A DNA stretch of 50,037 nt from a bacterium (GTDB lineage: Bacteria; JAJVIF01; JAPKYR01). A program made the translations under genes and the position numbers. Shown piece after piece: positions 16,601 through 24,386 of this stretch. Below the pieces are notes generated by a model. That model ran no database searches and had not been told where the DNA came from. It saw nothing but the letters and a program-made list of their open reading frames with translations. Position 1 is the first letter of the stretch, and each line of letters opens with the position of its first letter. Where the stretch lies: the NCBI GenBank assembly GCA_026394215.1, contig JAPKYR010000198.1, positions 1 through 50,037 on the forward strand. Direction: 5' to 3'.

Positions 16601-18642
16601 GGATGCCTGAGGCAGTAGATCAGGAGCCTGCGGAAGAAGAAGTAAAGCCGGAAGAACCGCCGATTATTTTCCAGGCTGAAGAACATGTTGCATCTGCAGA
16701 ACCATCAGAGGCTGAACCTGAAGGAGAAGCGGTCGGACCGGTACGGATCGAGCAACCCGCTGAACCTGTCGAAGAACAAGAGGAACTCGGGGCAGAGGTC
16801 GGATCTGAAGGCGGGAATATGGTTCTCCTCGAACCTGACAGGGAAGAGAACGCCCAGGAAATTGGCGGCGCGGTTATTACCGGAATTACTATTGAATCGA
16901 CCGGGTTAGGCGACATTATCCATCTGACATCCGATGGCGCGTTAAGCGGTTGGGAAGTAACCCCAGCGAATTATCCAACCAAACTGGTCGTGAAGATACC
17001 GAATTCGCGACCGGTATTCGCAAACGGCGATCCCGAGAGATACGATGAAAATGTTGAGGGGAACCTTGTCACACAATTCACCGCGAATCCGACGATCAGC
17101 TACGATGTTTCGTTTACGACACTTGTAATATACGCTCATAATACCGAAGACGCATCGATGCTGGACTATGAAGTCCAGGGGGAGAGCGGAGGATTGGCGA
17201 TTGCGGTATTCTCGAAGGGAAGCGAGAGTCCTCTCGTTGCCATGGCGTCTGAAGGCGAACAAACCGTTACGGCTGAGGGCGAAGGCGAGACGCTGGTTCT
17301 TGAAGGCGTCCCTGAGCCGGTCCCGGTTCATCCGGTTGAGGGTATGGAAAATACACAGCCCGAAGCTGTCGATGCGGAGCAGGTCCAGGAGACTGAGCCT
17401 AAGATCAGTATGACGCTGGAAGACGCGAATATTCGCGACGTTCTGCAGATGATTTCGGAACAGGCTCAACTGAATGTATCGATTCATCCGTCGGTACAGG
17501 GTTCGATAACAATCAGCCTGACCGATGTGCCTCTTTCGGATCTTCTGGAGCTATTAGGCGATCAACTTGGATTCACTTATTTCATCAAGAGCGGCGTATA
17601 TATATTCGGCGAAGCCAGGGCGCTTCAGAACATGACCAAGGATTTGTGGCAGCGATGGTATATGCAACTGAGTTATGCGGATCCTGACCAGGTCAGAAAT
17701 CTGTTAACCCAGATGGGCATGCTGTCGCAGCAGCAGATTTCGATTTATCGCGGATCCGCCGGCGGTGGACTCGGCGGCACTAACATCGCGAGCCAGATCA
17801 TGGTTCTTCAGGGTGAACCGAGAGACCTTCAGCGTGCGTACGGTATCATCGCGTCGATCGATCAACCGCCGATGATGGTCCAGGTACATTTCCAGATTTT
17901 GAATACGTCACTGACCGATAACAAGAACTTTGGATTTACATGGAATGCCGGTACAGGCACGGGCACGACAAACCTTCTGTTCACGGAACAACAGTCAATC
18001 AACACGGATATGGGACCGTTCCCGCAAGGTTTCGACCGGCTGCGCAGCAACTCAGCATACAATATCAGTGTTGTTGTCAACTACCTGCTTGAGCAGGGAT
18101 ATGCTGAACTGGTGAATAGCTCGACATTGACAGTAGCTAATAATCAGAACGGCAACTTGTTCGTTGGTGAGACAATACCGTACAGATCGACTTTTCAGGT
18201 CAGCGAACTTGGGCGCGTAACTCAGCGAGTATCGACGCAGTCTGTCGGTTTAACGCTGAATTTCCGGCCTCACGCGAATCCTGACGGGACGGTAACGATG
18301 TACCTGTCGCCTACGAACTCGAATCTTCTTGAGCTTACGGATATCGGACCAAGGACGATCAACCAGAATTTCACAACTACAGTACGGGTTATGAACGATG
18401 AGCCGTTTATTATCGGCGGGTTTATCAGCGACGAGAAGCGCGTTAATTATGACCGCTTCCCCTTCCTGTCGGAACTGCCGTTACTCGGTAATCTTTTCAG
18501 AAACCGCCAGATAACTGATTCCAAGAGCGAGTTAATTTTCGTGATTACTCCTCATATTGTTTACCCGTCGCGGACTCCATTGATGGTCTGGACCGCGGAT
18601 GAACTTGCTACTCCGCTCACGTTCACAGACAGGCCGTATTAG
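13609..18642 (+). CDS. pilQ: Giant type IV pilus secretin PilQ (1677 aa) with about seven AMIN-like modules, N0/N1 domains and a secretin core.
   Basis: Signal peptide ...LLIIPLTVLRA|EEP. AMIN-like signatures: SPSRVVFDIEGA, SPTVLLLRFPGTD, YPTRVAVYFPDAA, YPERLGLRFPYAN, YPERLGLKFPYAD, YPDRLGLRFPLSD, YPTKLVVKIPNSR. N0 domain ISMTLEDANIRDVLQMISEQAQLNVSI. Secretin core ends ...FPFLSELPLLGNLFRNRQITDSKSELIFVITPHIV. Confidence 0.9.
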   Translation: MRIAQQPGSNKKEMRRGFAFLLVLLLIIPLTVLRAEEPAGPADVSTADIEVTAQAVVVNLAVSNLASVRSFNLTSPSRVVFDIEGAVLTLADTATTSWENPIDGIVNLTITQFSMEPPVVRVVAEVSNPALQSDRLTSPDTVKLAIFTGDSPLVESAGPGAPPSSLIPIIEKFWHEATETGEDRFVIEFSFGVVLPQVRIESPTVLLLRFPGTDVLLPPTTPDNFVTSVGGILVERMRAERLMESGQNVTEIRLTVPNTSAISYTLGTYAEDSLEMIISGEAVPEPPVVAPIEPPVIEPVQPTRIEGGEIMVLASSENVPVMPDTPIHITRVQFQSIDSETDRYFIYYEGGELDPHVQRFNYPTRVAVYFPDAAVVLPESAEGRFQAVVHGAVTDELKVFNRVIEDVGPESQFIFYFPGYEQENVGFSVDYVDPGLMHIDFYRTSVPIDIESPVEVNTSIDAPEAVPEETLAPPAEIEAPAIVEEPVIIEEPVVNETSETTEIVNPVVEDTTPPEIAGAELPLITVTLGEVSSDTINFRIETSEQMPTPEWIEYHYPERLGLRFPYANIHLLEAAVGVGSSYTHVQAIPLVRAIMKDRDNEQYTTIIFTLEGEIEEYTGDISQEGNAYLVTFHYNPLSEQPVVAPIEEEITAPVDETVPAPVEEVQPEPVEEVSAEPVEAPLVIGEPEPVEATSIIYVTAGDVVTDNTVTFRIASTESLPMPEWVEYRYPERLGLKFPYADVQLMDAAAGIISAYTHMQAVPLVRAIQNDRDGEQSTTIAWTLAGNIEEYARDISQDGSGYLVTFTYTPAPVVPEPVEAPQLVQSEPTSAVVEQPVVEEEPEVEVPGVPAELEIPALETPLALPFIEVSSGEIVGDKIMFHITTSELFPVPEWIEYRYPDRLGLRFPLSDVKLLGEEDALTVNTGLDLIPTVRAIVKDRTDEQYTIITFTLAGSLEEFKGETNWNGRDIDVIFTYSPAMSEPEATVQPEAVEEIEVHGMPEAVDQEPAEEEVKPEEPPIIFQAEEHVASAEPSEAEPEGEAVGPVRIEQPAEPVEEQEELGAEVGSEGGNMVLLEPDREENAQEIGGAVITGITIESTGLGDIIHLTSDGALSGWEVTPANYPTKLVVKIPNSRPVFANGDPERYDENVEGNLVTQFTANPTISYDVSFTTLVIYAHNTEDASMLDYEVQGESGGLAIAVFSKGSESPLVAMASEGEQTVTAEGEGETLVLEGVPEPVPVHPVEGMENTQPEAVDAEQVQETEPKISMTLEDANIRDVLQMISEQAQLNVSIHPSVQGSITISLTDVPLSDLLELLGDQLGFTYFIKSGVYIFGEARALQNMTKDLWQRWYMQLSYADPDQVRNLLTQMGMLSQQQISIYRGSAGGGLGGTNIASQIMVLQGEPRDLQRAYGIIASIDQPPMMVQVHFQILNTSLTDNKNFGFTWNAGTGTGTTNLLFTEQQSINTDMGPFPQGFDRLRSNSAYNISVVVNYLLEQGYAELVNSSTLTVANNQNGNLFVGETIPYRSTFQVSELGRVTQRVSTQSVGLTLNFRPHANPDGTVTMYLSPTNSNLLELTDIGPRTINQNFTTTVRVMNDEPFIIGGFISDEKRVNYDRFPFLSELPLLGNLFRNRQITDSKSELIFVITPHIVYPSRTPLMVWTADELATPLTFTDRPY
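15178..16539 (+). repeat. Three tandem ~170-aa (510-513 nt) repeat units inside pilQ, each an AMIN-like module plus a Pro/Glu/Val linker.
   Basis: Units start at 15178 (ITVTLGEVSSDTINFRIETSEQMPTPEWIEYHYPERLGLRFPYANIHLL), 15691 (IIYVTAGDVVTDNTVTFRIASTESLPMPEWVEYRYPERLGLKFPYADVQLM) and 16201 (FIEVSSGEIVGDKIMFHITTSELFPVPEWIEYRYPDRLGLRFPLSDVKLL). Confidence 0.85.
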
Positions 18643-18686
18643 AAGAAACTAAGTATATTATTTTGAAATCCTGACTCGACATCGAG

Positions 18687-19265
18687 GTGCAAAAAGTGAA
18701 ATATCAGATAGCAATTTTCGCACTCTTAATAATATTGATACCGTTGTTGACGGGTTGCGAACTTAAACCGGAAGATCATTGGCCGGTGTTAACTGCGGAA
18801 ACAGTCAGCGCAGATTTTACAATTAATGTAACTCTGATTGAAGAACTTGGTATCATTCAGTTTCAGGTGGCGAATGATCATGCTGACCTGGATTTGGATA
18901 TCAGGTCGTACAATGCAAATCAGGGTTGGGATGTGAAAGTGATCCTTCAGAGTATCGACAAGTATTCCACAAATTGGGCCATTCCAACATCGCCGACGTC
19001 ATATGGTGAGTCGCTCCCGATGGATCCAAGCACGACTCGCTTTGAAAATATAATTGGCGAGTATATTGATGGGAAACCGCCGCAAGGTACCTCGCGAATA
19101 AAATTTTCGGTATACCCGGGATGGTTCCCGACCACGTTTGAAGACTGGGTTCAGGGATCGACAATAACAGACTCGTACGTTTACAATTACATGGTAATTA
19201 TAGAAGATATGGATGGCCGGACAGATTCATGGGAGTTCAGCATATCCAGTACTCTGGCTATGTAA
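18687..19265 (+). CDS. Lipoprotein of unknown function immediately downstream of pilQ.
   Basis: GTG start. Signal peptide with lipobox IPLLTG|C. Confidence 0.6.
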   Translation: MQKVKYQIAIFALLIILIPLLTGCELKPEDHWPVLTAETVSADFTINVTLIEELGIIQFQVANDHADLDLDIRSYNANQGWDVKVILQSIDKYSTNWAIPTSPTSYGESLPMDPSTTRFENIIGEYIDGKPPQGTSRIKFSVYPGWFPTTFEDWVQGSTITDSYVYNYMVIIEDMDGRTDSWEFSISSTLAM

Positions 19266-19337
19266 ATTTCCATGAATAAGTTAGATGCCGGACATATAGA
19301 AGTCAGCTTAAAAAAATAGCAGAGGAGATTATTCCCG

Positions 19338-20633
19338 ATGCGATATTCCTTATACCTAGCAATAATCGCCGTGATGTTGTCGCTGATACTTGCGCCACAG
19401 GCGATTGCAGATCAAAGCAAAGACGGCTTTGAGCCTCCTGAAAGAACCGGTCCAGTCGAGAGACCGGTCGAAATCCCTGCCGAGATTGAAGAAAGTCCGG
19501 TGGTGGAAAGTCCCCAATCCAGTGAAATTATTGAGCCCCAGGAATGCGAAAAACTGGAACCCGTTGAAGAAGAATGTCCCCCGGAAGCTACACCTCCGGA
19601 GATAGAAATGAGCTGGTTCAGCAGGCCATGGGATTTCTGGCGGCATATGGACGAGAGATCGCTCGATTACGATGCGATACAATATATGGGTAATGTCCGT
19701 AGGATCGCGATATTACCGTTCGACGATCTGACCACCCCGACAATAGCAGGCCAGACCAAGCTTCAAGAGGCCGGCGGACCGCGACGTCTGGTAGACAACC
19801 TTGCTGCGGAGTTTATGAGATGGGGTTATCTGGTTGTTCCGCCGTCGGATGCCGAAGCCTATCTCAATACATTTATCCAGGGCGATAGCTACCGTCGGGT
19901 GGATTCCGAAGGGAACAATCTGTTCTGGTTCCAGAACATGCCTGATAGGGCAATGAATTTCTATGCAACAAGCGTTCCAGGATTAGCGGAACAGAGAATG
20001 GATAATAACCAGACTAATATATGGTTGTCGCGCGAAGATATCATCTACATCGCTCAAACTCTGGAAGCCGACTGTGTTGTCCGTGGGTTCGTGAATGAAT
20101 ATGCGGTAAGCAGGGATATAGACGCCGACTGGCGCACATTCATCCCGCCGTTTCTCGGGCTCCTTAATCCCGATCGGCGCGTGACAATGGAAGTCGCGTA
20201 TTATCTTTATGATGGCGCGTCGGGAGAATTAATCTGGAACGGGACTGTAGATATCCAGAACGATGCCAACTGGCCGATGTTTACGTCGGATGCTGAACTG
20301 ATCGAGCAAACTGAAGGAGATATGGCCGGACAGGTTACCGGGCATGTGCTTCCGCAATGGATGGATATTGCCATGTGCCATCCGGACTGGGTACCTTTCC
20401 CGATGTGGCAAGAGGGTTTCGACGGATGTATGGGGGGTATGGGTATGGGTATGGGACGACCCGAAGAGCGCCCCGACTGGGTTAACCCGTATCGAATGGG
20501 CTGGCACAATGAGTATTTACGAGACGATGCGAAGGTTGATATTGAGCCGGTTGAGAATCCTCCCGCCAGACCATGGTTCCGCGACCTTGATCGAAGCTAC
20601 AATGGGATTCGGCTGTATCTTGGGGAGAAGTAA
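19338..20633 (+). CDS. Secreted protein of unknown function (431 aa).
   Basis: Signal peptide ...LAPQAIA|DQS and a Pro/Glu-rich linker. The RRIAILPFDDLT segment resembles the start of CsgG/LpoB/DUF799-type periplasmic folds. GGMGMGMG tract near the C-terminus. Confidence 0.5.
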   Translation: MRYSLYLAIIAVMLSLILAPQAIADQSKDGFEPPERTGPVERPVEIPAEIEESPVVESPQSSEIIEPQECEKLEPVEEECPPEATPPEIEMSWFSRPWDFWRHMDERSLDYDAIQYMGNVRRIAILPFDDLTTPTIAGQTKLQEAGGPRRLVDNLAAEFMRWGYLVVPPSDAEAYLNTFIQGDSYRRVDSEGNNLFWFQNMPDRAMNFYATSVPGLAEQRMDNNQTNIWLSREDIIYIAQTLEADCVVRGFVNEYAVSRDIDADWRTFIPPFLGLLNPDRRVTMEVAYYLYDGASGELIWNGTVDIQNDANWPMFTSDAELIEQTEGDMAGQVTGHVLPQWMDIAMCHPDWVPFPMWQEGFDGCMGGMGMGMGRPEERPDWVNPYRMGWHNEYLRDDAKVDIEPVENPPARPWFRDLDRSYNGIRLYLGEK

Positions 20634-20649
20634 ATTCATCGAATATAGT

Positions 20650-20682
20650 TAATTTTGCACCCCCGGGCGTATTTCTCCGGGG
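20650..20682 (+). terminator. Rho-independent terminator-like hairpin.
   Basis: CCCCCGG (20650-20656) pairs with CCGGGGG (20667-20673) around a 10-nt loop, followed by ATTTTATTA. Confidence 0.6.
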
Positions 20683-20710
20683 GATTTTATTATAATTACG
20701 CTGAAAACCG

Positions 20711-21682
20711 ATGCCATCACAGGAACAGGAACAAACAGCTGTCGAGCTCTTAAAGAATCTTATAGGGCGGATGCTTGAAACCGGTGCGAGCGACCTTCAC
20801 TTGCAGGAGGGAGAGCGTCCATTTCTAAGGCTGGTCGCCGGGCTTATCCCGCAATCCGATCTTGAGCCGGTCAGCCGTGAGATGCTCGATGGGGGCCTCG
20901 CGCTTAGTTTCAGGGCGATCCCTGCTAATCCGCCGAGTTTTCATGAGCTCGCCCTGCCTTCCGCGGTGCGTCGATTCGCGAATCTGAAAAGAGGGCTGGT
21001 AATTATCTGCGGACCGACGGGATGCGGGAAGTCCACAACCGCAGCGGCGATCATACATCAGATAAATTCATCGCGCCGGGCGCATATTATCACTATCGAG
21101 GATCCAGTAGAATTCGTCCATAAATCTAAGACAAGTCTTGTGGCACAGAGGGAAGTGGGTCAGCACACCATATCCTTCGCGGACGCGCTTAGAGAAGGCC
21201 TTAGAGAAGACCCAGACGTCCTTCTGGTGGGCGAGATGCGCGATATGGAGACAATCGAGCTTGCGCTTCGCGCAGCCGAGACGGGACACCTTGTTTTTTC
21301 GACCTTGCACACATCGGGCGCAACGGGAAGTATATCGCGAATTATCGACGCGTTTGAGACGGGGGCGAGATCGGTAATCCGTATGCAGTTATCGCTTGTC
21401 CTGATGGGGGTCGTGAGTCAGATTCTTGTCCCGACCAGGGACGGGAAACGTCGTGTGCCGATTTGCGAAATAATGATCCCCAACGATGCCGTCAGGCATC
21501 TTATCAGGGAAAACAAGCTGGAACAGGTATCGAACGTTATTCAATCAGGAACTGAGGAAGGCATGCTGAGTTTCGCGGCTCATATCGCAGAACTTACAAA
21601 AGCGGGCGTGATCGATGCCGCCGGCGGGCTTGAGGCGGTCGGCGAGGGCTGGCGTATCGCGGAGATTTTATTCGGGAGCTGA
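20711..21682 (+). CDS. pilT: PilT-like type IV pilus retraction ATPase (323 aa) with a shortened N-terminal domain.
   Basis: GASDLHL, Walker A GPTGCGKST, ITIEDPVEF, Walker B DVLLVGEMRD, GHLVFSTLHT, and C-terminal AVRHLIRENK (PilT AIRNLIRE-type signature). Confidence 0.85.
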   Translation: MPSQEQEQTAVELLKNLIGRMLETGASDLHLQEGERPFLRLVAGLIPQSDLEPVSREMLDGGLALSFRAIPANPPSFHELALPSAVRRFANLKRGLVIICGPTGCGKSTTAAAIIHQINSSRRAHIITIEDPVEFVHKSKTSLVAQREVGQHTISFADALREGLREDPDVLLVGEMRDMETIELALRAAETGHLVFSTLHTSGATGSISRIIDAFETGARSVIRMQLSLVLMGVVSQILVPTRDGKRRVPICEIMIPNDAVRHLIRENKLEQVSNVIQSGTEEGMLSFAAHIAELTKAGVIDAAGGLEAVGEGWRIAEILFGS

Positions 21683-21818
21683 CGTTTGAATTTAAAATGG
21701 GAAATATGGGGCGTTGTCGCGGTTATCGGCTTTCAGACTATTTTTATGTACGTGGTTTACTACATGACATCGGACATTATTAAAATATACCTGCCAATGT
21801 AGATGAAATAAACAGAAA

Positions 21819-23012
21819 GTGAATTTCCCGGAGCTAAAAGAGAACCTGACAATTGTAATTGCCGATGCGCCCACGCTTCAGGGGATCAGGCAGCGTGTGC
21901 AGCATCTCGCGTTAAGGTTCGCAAAAATCCTCGCGGGTCGAAACGGCAGGCTTCTATATATCGACGAACCGGGAAATATCGTCACCGTATTTTTCTCGCC
22001 TGAAAAACCATTGTGTAATTTATGGAGATGGATGTCAGGTCCGAAAATCGAACCTGAGACACGTATTTGCCGCTTCGTCCCTCCCGCTGGACTGCCGTTT
22101 GCGTATCAGTCAAAGTTTATCAATGCCTGGAATCATGCCGGATACAGGCTTGGACTTGGTCGGAGTTTCAAAAAAAACGATGATCCGGTCGTGCTGATCG
22201 TATGCAATGTACTGGGGCTTGGGTGGCTTGGAAAATTCGGGGAGGATGCCGTTATATACGATTGCGCCGATGAGATCAGTGAATTCAGGCAGGCGAAAAT
22301 AAATCGTGGAGCGGTGCTGAAACAGGAACGCGAGCTTATCGGACGGGTTGATGCGCTTGTGACAACGTCGAAAACGCTGTACGAGTCCAAGTCGAAGTTT
22401 CTGAAGTCTGGCGGCAAAGCGAGGCTTATTCGGAATGCTGCGGAGATCGAGCATTTTCAGAAAGCGTTTGAGCTGAGAGGTTCGCGTCCGGAGGATTTGT
22501 TTCAATTGAAGAAACCCATAGTTGGGTTCTATGGCTTCCTTGCCGAATGGCTCGACTGGCCGTTGATCGAGAAGGTTGTGAAGGATGGAAAGGAATTCGA
22601 TTGGGTATTTATCGGTCCGACGACGCGGAATCTGAGTGATTTGGAAAAGCTGCCGAATTGCCTCATTCTCGGGAAAAAGCCATATGGGTTGCTGCCCGAA
22701 TATCTCGCGAATTTCGCGTGTGCGCATATTCCGTTCGACAGGACGCCTCTGACTGTGCATGTCAATCCGGTAAAGGTTTACGAGTATCTCGCGGGCGGGG
22801 TGCCGGTTGTCGCGACACATCTTCCGGAGCTGGAGGCGTTCGGGGATGTATGCGCTCTCACAAACGATCCTGATGAGTACCTTGAAGAGATACGCAAAGC
22901 GGTGAAGTCCGACAGTCCGGAGAAACGGCAGGCCAGGTTCGAGAGAGTGAAGCGGGAAACATGGGACGCGAGGGTCGAGGAATATTGTAAGTTAATAAAT
23001 GAATTAATTTGA
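21819..23012 (+). CDS. Glycosyltransferase, GT-B fold, TuaH-like (GT4-type).
   Basis: GTG start. N-terminal RQRVQHLALRFA. C-terminal half VGFYGFLAEWLDWPLIEKV...WVFIGP...LILGKKPYGLLPEYLANFACAHIPF...NPVKVYEYLAGGVPVVAT. Confidence 0.7.
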   Translation: MNFPELKENLTIVIADAPTLQGIRQRVQHLALRFAKILAGRNGRLLYIDEPGNIVTVFFSPEKPLCNLWRWMSGPKIEPETRICRFVPPAGLPFAYQSKFINAWNHAGYRLGLGRSFKKNDDPVVLIVCNVLGLGWLGKFGEDAVIYDCADEISEFRQAKINRGAVLKQERELIGRVDALVTTSKTLYESKSKFLKSGGKARLIRNAAEIEHFQKAFELRGSRPEDLFQLKKPIVGFYGFLAEWLDWPLIEKVVKDGKEFDWVFIGPTTRNLSDLEKLPNCLILGKKPYGLLPEYLANFACAHIPFDRTPLTVHVNPVKVYEYLAGGVPVVATHLPELEAFGDVCALTNDPDEYLEEIRKAVKSDSPEKRQARFERVKRETWDARVEEYCKLINELI

Positions 23013-23014
23013 TT

Positions 23015-24313
23015 TTACTTTCGGTGTTTGACATTCAGGGCGAGAGTCTGGATGCCCTTGACCGCATTTTCGTGGATGATGTCGGCTGAGTCGGGATCGC
23101 GCTCGAAAGCATACCTCGATGCCGCGAGGACCATGCGCGGTCGCGCGTTCTTCGGGAATCGCGGATGGTTGCGGGCTAGTTCATGTTCGATCTGAAGAAC
23201 GATCCCGTGCTCTTCGGGCGAATATTTTATGAGTTCGACAAGGAGCTGGTTATTGAGGACGCGCATGTTGCGGTCGAGGACGACATCAAGGACAATATTC
23301 ATCGCCCGGGTAAGTTCGCTTCTTGAGATTCTGAAAAGTTCCTTGTATCCGGCCGACGGGTCGAACCATATATATTCATTTATATTCGGATGAATATCCT
23401 GCCATCGGATATCAAGCTCCGCCGCATCGCCCGCGAAACCGATCCGCCTTAAAATCTCGGTGCAGATACATACGCGGAAATGGCAGACGGGGTGTTTCAT
23501 CATATCCATGCTTTTGACATCCCAGAGGGTGATATGCGCCCCCCCGATATCGGCGGCCACGTCGCATGAGTCCTCCTGCCGGGCCATGACATAGGCGGGT
23601 CCCGCGAAAAGTGTGCCTATGATATCTGCCATAGTCTCGTCGAGCCAGAATGTCCAGATGATTTCCATCAGGGCATTTTTCCTGAGGCCGTACGGGAGGC
23701 GCCCGCCGATGATTTTGAATTTTTCGCCCGACAGCGCGGTTCTGATTTTCCTGCCGAGTTCGCGCTCGTAACCGATTACGTTATCAAAGATATTGTGGCC
23801 GATTTCATGCGGGAGCGCGAGCCAGTTCCATACCGACGTTGTTCCCTTTCGGGGGATCGAGACCAGTGCGATCGGATGCTCGTGGGCATGAGTGTAAGTG
23901 TAGTAATAATCCTCGCTATGTCCGAGAAAAGTAAATGGACGCGCATGCTGGGCATAGCGGCGAAGCATGTCGACAAGGAAAGGGCTATCGAAAAATTCGC
24001 GGTAGTAATCCTCCGCGATTATGTCGGTCAGGGCGAGGACGTCGTTGTAGACTCCCATTTTTCGCTGGGTGATGAGGCTGCGGTAACTCCGCCACAGGTG
24101 AAGATCGTCGTCTTCTACCCCATTTTCCTCGAAGTAGCCCAACACTTCGTCCCAGCTTTTGGAATAGCCGGCGAGAGTTCTGGTCTGCTTGGCGATTTTT
24201 ACCCAGCGTTGCACGTCTTCCAGGTCAGCCTTACTTTCGCGTTCCTGTCCGATTTGCTTCAGCTCGCTGATATCGCCGAGGTGAAATTTCGATAGTCGTG
24301 ATTTGCCGGGCAT
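23015..24313 (-). CDS. Cytoplasmic protein with an HExxH zinc-metallopeptidase-like motif (432 aa); family not recognised.
   Basis: LALPHEIGHNIF, followed 53 residues after the second His by FWLDETMAD (a possible third-ligand Glu, gluzincin-like). No signal peptide. Confidence 0.55.
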   Translation of the reverse strand: MPGKSRLSKFHLGDISELKQIGQERESKADLEDVQRWVKIAKQTRTLAGYSKSWDEVLGYFEENGVEDDDLHLWRSYRSLITQRKMGVYNDVLALTDIIAEDYYREFFDSPFLVDMLRRYAQHARPFTFLGHSEDYYYTYTHAHEHPIALVSIPRKGTTSVWNWLALPHEIGHNIFDNVIGYERELGRKIRTALSGEKFKIIGGRLPYGLRKNALMEIIWTFWLDETMADIIGTLFAGPAYVMARQEDSCDVAADIGGAHITLWDVKSMDMMKHPVCHFRVCICTEILRRIGFAGDAAELDIRWQDIHPNINEYIWFDPSAGYKELFRISRSELTRAMNIVLDVVLDRNMRVLNNQLLVELIKYSPEEHGIVLQIEHELARNHPRFPKNARPRMVLAASRYAFERDPDSADIIHENAVKGIQTLALNVKHRK

Positions 24314-24386
24314 TTTGGTTTTGAAATTCGACAGGTTACAGACTTGTTGTATTTTACTACATATTAGTGTCGGATGGGAATCAATA

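Noticed and set aside
20681-20686. TATAAT hexamer 25 nt upstream of pilT as its promoter.
   Set aside because: There is no acceptable -35 box, since that position falls in the loop of the preceding terminator hairpin. The leader would also be very short. Left uncalled.
1-21682. Alternative reading of the locus as a type II secretion system (GspG-like pseudopilins plus a GspD secretin).
   Set aside because: PilM (with PilN carrying INLLP), a PilT-type retraction ATPase signature and AMIN modules on the secretin all point to T4aP. No GspC/F/L/M-like genes were seen.
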